Part shown: piece by piece, positions 62,569 to 64,000 of the stretch
Numbering within the stretch: position 1 is the stretch's first letter
How the letters are laid out: every line of letters begins with the position of its first letter
Assembly: GCF_964204645.1 (NCBI RefSeq)
Contig: NC_134034.1
Span: forward strand, 4,233,814 to 4,297,813
DNA length: 64,000 nt
Direction: 5' to 3'
From: Tubulanus polymorphus
Lineage: Eukaryota; Animalia; Nemertea
Notes under the pieces: generated by a model
The model's input: only the letters and a program-made list of their open reading frames with translations
Database searches by the model: none
What the model was told of the DNA's origin: nothing
Position numbers and translations under genes: made by a program

Positions 62569-64000
62569 AAGCGAACCCTGGTGGCAATTTTCGATTGCCG
62601 CCTCAGAAGTGTTATCGGGCGCTCACCAGACGGACCTACGTACGTAAACAACTTGCGTTTAAATAAAAAACCCACTATAATTGTATCAAATACGAATTAT
62701 TAAAAATTCTATTTCGTGCGTTGTTTATGATTAATCGAGATGTGAATAGTTTTTTTTTCACGTGCCGCCTGAAGTCGCTATTATTATTCACCTATTAATC
62801 AAAATATTTTCTCATTTCATCGAATTCTGTGTCGAGCGTCGCTTGTTCTAACCGCAATATTGCCACCGACTTAGTGAAGTGCCTTCAAATTGCTCTTCTC
62901 GCGGTACGCGGCGAGATTAATTTCGTTAGCCGCGTTTTATGACCAACCGACTTGTCGAGTAGGTGAGTACTAAATTACGGATTCAATTCATTTTCGAGCT
63001 CGCGGAAATTGTGGCGGTCTACATTTTTTGCGGGCTCGAACATGATCGATGAGTTAACGTAAACGCGTAGACTATTACAACGCACATTCCGAAGCGGATA
63101 CATAGCGATACACCGCAAAGACCACAACGTAGCGAATAAAACATCAACCTCATAGAACACTAGAATACCGCTCCAAAAAAATAATGAGTGTTTACCAGTC
63201 GGAGAAAAACCCTTATTTTCACCAATTTCGTTAGCCTATTTTACAAATATATTAGTACTTAACTCGATTACAAATCTCATACCCACCTTTTCCGTGAATA
63301 AAGGGAAATTTTTCGTGACTTCACGTGAGATAACAACCAGGCTTTAGATGATTGCACACTTAAAAAACTGGCCATCAAGACTTCGCAACGTTCAGCACTT
63401 TGCCTTAAATATATTCTTTTTGATCGAATAGGATCTTGACAAACCGACATTCTATCAGCACGCTTTCAAAAAGCAATCGTGAACTCTGCATAGGTCCAGG
63501 ACTTCACTTCAGACATTTGTAGTCGAAATTGGGCTACAAACGCGAGTTTAATTATGATAGATTTTAAGAAATGTGATAACTCTGGCTTGATTCTGAACTA
63601 TAGACTCCGCCTCACTCGGTACCGTTGGCCAGGTAAAACCGGCTGCGTCGGCGAAATTCCGTAAAGACTTTCTGATCCCTTATGCTTGAATTCATCCCCT
63701 ACTCAGTATCGCTCTACTCGGTAAACCGCCTTACTCGACGGATTTTGTGCTCAAATCCAGGGGCGTATCCAGTTTGACTGCCTCGCCAATGAAAAAGGAC
63801 ACTTTTTCAAGAAGAGGTACATTATATATTTCATTGAGGCCAACAGAATGGGTTGTTTGACCGAAAAAACAAACTTGTCTTAAACGCTTAGGCTATATCA
63901 GAATGATAGTACATTATAGGAATCACCCCCTCAATCACGTAAAATCATTTTCAACCATTTTTTACTCAACGAGAAGAACAATTGATCGAGGCACTGCACC

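Overview
This window is eukaryotic, non-coding, repeat-rich DNA, most likely from an invertebrate animal. It is AT-rich but not CpG-depleted, and it contains tRNA-derived SINEs, many MITE families and microsatellites. I can support no intact protein-coding gene, rRNA, true tRNA or CRISPR array. The listed ORFs are chance ORFs or repeat read-throughs, apart from a few low-confidence decayed coding fragments, one of them GPCR-like. The window reads as a gene desert or large intron. The most notable signal is a hammerhead-ribozyme (HHR) system with two parts. (i) At least seven dispersed ~150-350 bp non-coding Penelope-like insertions carry minimal type I HHRs (CUGANGA or UUGAAAA, stem II, GAAA, palindromic stem III). 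Most have an inverted end, a shared TGTGGG(A/T)TT box and a tail, and three have 10-13 bp target-site duplications. (ii) A tandem array of eight ~70-bp units at 50791-51362, in which each unit is one HHR plus a short linker, derives from one of these families. Other oddities are a young foldback element packed with E2F-like sites and nested inside one of the HHR elements, a palindromic MITE whose TIRs carry outward-facing Pol III boxes, and an abundant element carrying convergent CTCF-like motifs. All alignments and folds were done by eye; family assignments are inferences.
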